A DNA stretch of 64,000 bases. It comes from Octopus vulgaris (Eukaryota). Position 1 is the stretch's first letter; each line of letters begins with the position of its first letter. Under the pieces are notes generated by a model, which was given only the letters and a program-made list of their open reading frames with translations, did not search any database and was not told where the DNA came from. This document shows, in pieces, positions 55,977-64,000 of the stretch. The position numbers and the translations under genes are program-made. The stretch lies in NCBI GenBank assembly GCA_951406725.2, contig OX597820.1, positions 16,802,001 to 16,866,000 on the forward strand. Direction: 5' to 3'.

Positions 55977-56370
55977 GTGGAGGCGCAATGGCCCAGTGGT
56001 TAGGGCAGCAGACTCGCGGTCATAGGATCGCGGTTTCGATTCCCAGACTGGGCGTTGTGAGTGTTTATTGAGCGAAAACACCTAAAGCTCCACGAGGCTC
56101 TGGCAGGGGATGGTGGTGATCCCTGCTGTACTCTTTCACCACAACTTTCTCTCACTCTTACTTCCTGTTTCTGTTGTACCTGTATTTCAAAGGGCCGGCC
56201 TTGTCACTCTCTGTGTCACGCTGAATATCCCCGAGAACTACGTTAAGGGTACATGTGTCTGTGGAGTGCTCAGCCACTTACACGTTAATTTCACGAGCAG
56301 GCTGTTCCGTTGATTCGGATCAACCGGAACCCTCATCGTCGTAAGCGACGGAGTGCTTCCATTCCATTCC
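55977..56370 (+). mobile_element. SINE family C, full length with (TTCCA)n tail and TSD
   Basis: A box tggcccagtgg, B box gtttcgattcc; TSD aagtaatagat at 55966-55976 and 56371-56381. Confidence 0.92.
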
Positions 56371-56928
56371 AAGTAATAGATAAAAGATATACAATAAAAC
56401 GAAAATTTCACAATGAAATTGTTGTGTGGACACCTCCAGACGACGAAGTAGGCTAGCCCAATACGTAGATATAGAGGGAGAAGTCTAGACGTCGAAGAGC
56501 AGTTGAGTAAAGAATAGACTAGAACAGGGTAGTAGTGGCATCCGAACGTGCGACATAATAGAAATATATAACTAAAACCCTTTGAAGCAATGTATTTATT
56601 TTAGTATATCTTTAACAGCAAATGTCCATATTTCAGTTAAGATGATATATGTGGCCTGTAATTAATAGAAACGGATTCATATGTACTTATAATAACTGCA
56701 CCTTTAAAAGAAATGTAAATGAATTAGGATATAGGTTATACAGTTTGGGAGATCTGAGGGAATTTGTAAGAGAAATCTTGAGCCGTTCATGAAAATACGA
56801 AAATTAGGCTGTTTAAAAACGAAAAACATTAAAGGTGAGAAGAAAGCGAAGAAAAGAGAAAAAAATGTGGTGAAACAATTTCTACAAAAGTTGTGCAGAA
56901 ACGACCAAAGCGTCACATTTTACTCTCT

Positions 56929-57033
<105 letters not shown>

Positions 57034-57034
57034 A

Positions 57035-57104
<70 letters not shown>

Positions 57105-57139
57105 ACTGTCTGTCTATCAATCAATCAATCAATCAATCA

Positions 57140-57254
<115 letters not shown>

Positions 57255-57359
57255 CCGGAGTAAACACATAAATGTGAAACAAGGTGGAAAAAAAGAGTAC
57301 TCAAATACCAGTGGTAGAGTAATATGCTTTATTTTAAGCAGCAGAAAATTCAACAAAAT

Positions 57360-57397
57360 CTGTTACTCTGAGTTTCTCGTTGCCGTTCATCAGACAG
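57360..57397 (-). ncRNA. Minimal hammerhead motif (left arm)
   Basis: Reverse complement of 58287-58324. Confidence 0.65.
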
Positions 57398-58286
57398 TTT
57401 TTGCTAGAATGGAACTTATATATTAATTCAATCTATACTCTTACAAACGCTACACCTTTAAAGAAATGGACTTGTTTGATTGGCCCTTTAGAAAAAACGG
57501 TCAATCTTCGAGCGATAAACAAAAAGGTCAAAAATATATGTATATATATATAAAAAAAACTTATAAAAATTATAAAATCCGAGGAAAAAACCGAGGAAAA
57601 AACCTATTGCCGTTAATGAAGACAGTACAAATTAATGCATAGAAATTAAACCTGTTATAAATACTGCAATACATATTTATATTAAAATCCACATATATAT
57701 ATATCAACATACACAAAAGGATGCGCGTAAACGCCATACATACATATACAGACGTATGAATATGAATCTAAATTATACACATAAAAGCATGTGTACATAT
57801 ATTCACGCAAACCGTCTCGCACGCAAGCTAAAATTCATCTATGTAGCAATTTTAGCTTGCGTGCGAGACGGTTTGCGTGAATATATGTACACATGCTTTT
57901 ATGTGTATAATTTAGATTCATATTCATACGTCTGTATATGTATGTATGGCGTTTACGCGCATCCTTTTGTGTATGTTGATATATATATGTGGATTTTAAT
58001 ATAAATATGTATTGCAGTATTTATAACAGGTTTAATTTCTATGCATTAATTTGTACTGTCTTCATTAACGGCAATAGGTTTTTTCCTCGGTTTTTTCCTC
58101 GGATTTTATAATTTTTATAAGTTTTTTTATATATATATATACATATATTTTTGACCTTTTTGTTTATCGCTCGAAGATTGACCGTTTTTTCTAAAGGGCC
58201 AATCAAACAAGTCCATTTCTTTTTAAAGGTGTAGCGTTTGTAAGAGTATAGATTGAATTAATATATAAGTTCCATTCTAGCAAAAA

Positions 58287-58324
58287 CTGTCTGATGAACG
58301 GCAACGAGAAACTCAGAGTAACAG
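58287..58324 (+). ncRNA. Minimal hammerhead motif (right arm)
   Basis: ctgt-CTGATGA-acg(gcaa)cga-GAAA-ctc(a)gag-TA-acag; GNRA loop 2, weak stem II. Confidence 0.65.
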
Positions 58325-58407
58325 ATTTTGTTGAATTTTCTGCTGCTTAAAATAAAGTATATATATATATATATATATATACATATATCAATCTATCTAT
58401 CTATCTA

Positions 58408-58472
<65 letters not shown>

Positions 58473-59007
58473 CTGTCTGTCTGTCTGTCTTGTCGGTCTC
58501 TTCACCCTTACTCTCTATCTAATATATCATTGATTTTTTTTCAAAGATAACCTGCACTTTACCCGAACAAAAGATCAAGGAGGAACGGAAAAATAAAAAC
58601 ATAGTGATAGAAAGACGGTACAAGAAAATCAAAGTGACAGACAGAGAAACAGAGAAAAGGAAAGGAAATGGTGGGGGAAAACAAGAAACGAAACTGTAAG
58701 ATGGACATTCCACAGAGAATTAGACTTGATGAATAATTGACTTTCAGATATAGTGAACTTGAGTAACACTGACCAGGTGTTAGATGTAAAAAGAGAGGCT
58801 TTGAAATATATAATAATATTTATATTGTATTAGAAAGTTATGATAATAATGGCGCAAAGTTACTGACAACGTCGTGCGTGAGCGATTGAAGATCGACATT
58901 AGCGCTAATGTGAGACTTTTGTGGGACTTTTGTGGGACATTTGTGAGACATTTACTTGTTTTTCGAATGGACAATGAATCTCACATCAAATGACTTGTGT
59001 GTGATTG

Positions 59008-59060
<53 letters not shown>

Positions 59061-59546
59061 TGTGTGCATGCAAGCATTTATATGTAACAGAATTATATTT
59101 GTATTATGGATGCACCAAAGTAAAGGTTCATAGTGAAACAATTGTCGCAACATATCAAATCCATTCGTTTGTTTGTTTATTGTCACACACACACACACAC
59201 ACCCACACACACACACGCACATACACACACACATATGTATACATACACACACACATATATATGTATATATATATATATATATATATTATTAGTATTATTA
59301 TTATTACAAATTTGAGATTTTACCAATAGGACCACAGCTTCAATTTCAGGACACCCTTATTTACTGGAGTACACATAGAAAATTATATCCAAAATACTAA
59401 TCTAATAATATAAGCATTTTAAAGCCTACTATAACATGCAATAAGAATAAAATACATTAGAATTAATTAAAATTATTTAAACATATTTTTAAAAATATAT
59501 ATACCTTACCTGTTATTAGTCTGTAGGGAAGAAGATAATATTAATC

Positions 59547-59621
59547 AACGCTACACGTGTTTCAGCACTGGTGGTTTGTTTTAGCTAATACATAAATCCA
59601 CCAGTGCATCTTCAGGCTATT
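59547..59621 (-). ncRNA. Type-I hammerhead motif
   Basis: Reverse complement aatagc-CTGAAGA-t-gcactggtgg...ccaccagtgc-t-GAAA-cacgtg-TA-gcgtt; 10-bp stem II, palindromic stem III, weak stem I. Confidence 0.7.
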
Positions 59622-60282
59622 TTCCTCTTTTTATTATTATTATTAACAGATCCAACTTAATCCTACAAATTCTAAGATATCTTCATTGAGAATAAGAAAA
59701 AAAAATATATACAACTTCCTAATATATTTTTTTACAAAATTTAAAAGATTTTAAAAATAAGAAAATTATAACATTTTAAAAAATTCATAAAAATTTAATA
59801 AAATAAATTTAAACACCTAAAAATACAATAGCGTTATATATATATATAATGTGCTAAACATAAAGAAACCCTAATCAACTATTTTATAAACACGTCAAAT
59901 TAAACCGCCTATCTATATAAACTTTACGAGAATTAATAATTTATTGTGATATTTACTCCTATCAATACTAGTATATATTACCATTATTAGGACAAACGTA
60001 AGTTAATAATATTTAAACAGACTTTTGTGGGACTTTTCTGAGACATTTATGTTTTTTGAATGAACAATGAATCTCACATCAAATAACCGTGGTGGATATA
60101 TGGTTTGTTTTAGATGCGTTCAAAAGGGGTCTGTATTTTGTAATAAAGAGAGTCTCTTTACGAATTCGTTGGCTACAGGATGTATCGTCCCTGAATTGAT
60201 AGAGGGGAGAAATTCTGAGGCTTGGATTTTTGTTATTGGCGCAAATGTCGATGTGTTGGCTGAATGCTACTTTTCTGTTTTG

Positions 60283-60359
<77 letters not shown>

Positions 60360-60556
60360 GTATGTGTGTGTGTGTGTGAATGTATATATGTATGTATTTG
60401 TATGTGTGTGTATGTATGTGCGCGTGTGTGTATATATATGTAAATATATGTATAAATGTATATATTTAGATGTATATATTATATATATCATAGACATACT
60501 ATATATATATGATACGTATATGTATCATATATATCTTGTATATATTATACATATTA

Positions 60557-60648
60557 TTATACAAGAATGTTGTTGATAGTGACTTCGCATTTCTGGCAGC
60601 TAACCCATCGTCGGATTTCGAAATCACTGTCAACACATTCTTGTATAA
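60557..60648. repeat. ~90-nt hairpin
   Basis: ttatacaagaatgttgttgatagtgacttcg / cgaaatcactgtcaacacattcttgtataa. Confidence 0.8.
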
Positions 60649-60771
60649 CAATAATAAATTTGTATTTTACAGAAGTATATAGTAACCCATCAGATTAATG
60701 TAAAATTGTTTTTATTACAACCGAGCATAAAAGATAACATTAAAATTATATATAATATTTATAATATAATA

Positions 60772-61284
60772 CAGAGTGTTCAAAAAGTCTCTCCGCAGTG
60801 AAACGGAAATCAGCCTAGGAAGTTTTCACTTGGCAGCAAAATAAAAATTAAATTCCTTTCCAAACAAAGTGCTGGCCATTCAAGAATTGAAGACTAGGGA
60901 TCATGCTAAAAGGCTTCATTATTGTCATTGGTTCCAAAACTTTGTTGCCGAAAAAAGCATAGAAGTGCTGGGTGGGTGTTTTGAGACATTTTAGGTTTGG
61001 TTTCGTCTGTCGGGACACATAAATTCGAAAAAAACACAAGGTCATGGAGCACTGAGAATCCATACGCGACGCATGAGCAACCTCTGCATCCCGTACGTTG
61101 CAGTATGGATAGTAATTTCGAAAAAGCGTATTGTGGGACCGTTATGTTTTGAAGACACCATCAACACCGAGATATATTGCTCAAATATTGTCTCTCTATT
61201 TGTAGGCCAACTCACTGAAAGTGAAAGTAATAATGCATACTTTCAGCAAGATGGAGCTACAACACATACTTCGCACATCTCTAT
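60772..61284 (+). mobile_element. Decayed Tc1/mariner transposon related to the 29340-30005 element, cut off by the Penelope insertion
   Basis: TA-cagagtgttcaaaaagtctct TIR; WSTENP..VWIVISKKRIVGPLCFE..YFQQDGATTH. Confidence 0.8.
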
Positions 61285-62592
61285 GACCGCATTCACAAGA
61301 CCTTTATTACGGAATCTCTCAAGTTCATTCTGACAAATAATTATTTCCTCTTCGACAACACACACTACCGTCAAAAATGTGGTATTGCGATGGGTACCAA
61401 GGCTGCACCAGTCCTTGCGAACCTCATAATGGGTTTCTTCGAACTATCACTCTATGAGATATCACGCCAGAAATTTGGACATGTTTTCCACACATACCTA
61501 ATGGAAAACTGGAAAAGGTATTTGGATGATTGTTTCATCATATGGAAAGAATCTTATGAAAAACTTCTGGAATTCAAAACCATACTGAACAACATACATC
61601 CCAACATCCAATTCACTATGGAATTAAGCAAACATCATCTCCCTTTCCTTGATCTCCTAATTATAAAAACACCTAAGAACCAAATCATAACAGACATCTA
61701 CAACAAACCTACAGACTCACAACAATACCTCCTCTTTAGTTCATGACACCCAAAACACACCAAGACAAATATCCATTTCAACTTAGCTAAAAGGGTATGC
61801 ACCATTGTCTCGGATCCAAAAAACTCGAGAAATACGCCTTCAAGACCTCAAAAAAAAAACACTATTACAACGCCAATATCCCTCCACCCTTATAGAGTAT
61901 GGAACAAAACGCGCCAAAGAACTAGACAACATTACACTGAAAACCACCCAACCCAACAACACACACAGCCCCAAAATACTTCCATACATTTCCACCCACT
62001 ACCCCAAAAATATCGAAGCATACACCACAATCATACAAAACATCAGTCTACTGTCAACAGAACCAAAAATGAAAAACATTATAAACACACACAAAATCCT
62101 CAAATGTAAAAGGCAACACAAATTTAAAAAAAACTCTTGACAAATACCAAACTTCACACACCACATCCACCCCCAGCAGTTAAAAAATGTGCACGCCCAA
62201 ACTGTGACACCTGCCCCTTCCTACTTGAAGGCTCTGAATTTATCTTCAAACAAGGAACGAAGTTTAAAATCAAGACCAACTTCTCCTGTTCCTCCGAGAA
62301 CCTTATCTACGTTCTCACATGCGCCGGTTGCCAACATAATTATGTTGGACAAACGAGCCTCCCGTTATGTAAAAGATTAGCGGTGTATAAAGAACAAATA
62401 AATCTCCCGGAATACCGGCAAATCCCACTGAGTGACCACATAGACTCATGCGCTAAAGACAAAAATCCCAAATTCTACATATTCCCCTTCTACGAATGTA
62501 AAGACGGAATCAACACACAGGAGAGAATTAACAAGGAGAATCTCTTTATAGAAAAATTCAAAACGCATCTTAATATGCAAACTCCTCGTTGA
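61285..62592 (+). pseudogene. 5'-truncated Penelope-like element (Neptune-type): RT, thumb, Cys linker, GIY-YIG endonuclease
   Basis: NNYFLFD..YRQKCGIAMGTKAAPVLANL, WKRYLDD, LPFLDL, YNKPTD..YL..SS*HP, CARPNCDTC, NLIYVLTCAGCQHNYVGQT; stop at 61744 and frameshifts. Confidence 0.93.
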
Positions 62593-62699
62593 TCATACTT
62601 CTTTTTTCTACCTCATTCTTCATGGATAGACTAACACAAATATATAAGGATACCATGCAGTCATCACTTCAAGCTAAAACTTATATTCTTTAAATATCA

Positions 62700-63588
<889 letters not shown>

Positions 63589-64000
63589 TTTATTATATAT
63601 GACATAACAATCTGAAATGTAATTATAAATTGATTTATGCAAATCTATATAATTAGAAAACAATATAAATAAAGTGTTAAAAATCTGAATGTAAAGTTAG
63701 CAAACAATTATATAAAAAAAAGATAATGCAAATGAAGCTAAAATGATAATTATATAATTTAAGGTTTACTAACACCCTTTATTACAAAAAAAAATTGATA
63801 AACACAAATTGAAGAGCTTAAAACCCATAGAGTTGTCTCCCCTTATTCACAGTACAGGAACTGGACTACTACTTCCTGTTTTGCCATTCACTTAAGAGAC
63901 ACCCTTAATTAAATTAAACAACACATGGATTTAATCCCATGGATCTCAATATTTCAAGGTAATTTTTTCGTGAACTATCATTAAACTCAAGATACACAAA

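Larger units (their letters stand above)
57327..58357. repeat. ~1.03-kb almost perfect palindrome (arms ~510 bp, 12-nt loop 57836-57847)
   Basis: Arms mirror each other; only a 2-nt homopolymer difference noticed by eye. Confidence 0.95.

Overview
AT-rich, microsatellite-saturated eukaryotic non-coding DNA. The SINE set and simple-repeat load look like a coleoid cephalopod (Octopus-type) genome; this is inference, not a database result. I find no intact host protein-coding gene. Most ORF-track entries are translated simple repeats. Recognisable content: three abundant tRNA-headed SINE families (called A, B, C here), decayed Tc1/mariner transposons (DD41D, mariner, maT-like), 3' remnants of restriction-like-endonuclease (R4/Dong-type) and CR1/L2-type LINEs, a ~555-bp element lodged in (TAA)n, and a decayed Penelope-like element (RT + Cys linker + GIY-YIG) at ~61.3-62.6 kb. 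The most notable signal is about a dozen minimal type-I hammerhead ribozyme motifs (CUGANGA...GAAA..UH with stems I-III) in at least 7 unrelated non-coding repeat families. They sit in tandem or inverted arrangements next to (TA)n, and one lies inside a tRNA-headed SINE. This suggests a retrozyme / non-autonomous Penelope RNA ecosystem. All folding and alignment was done by eye.
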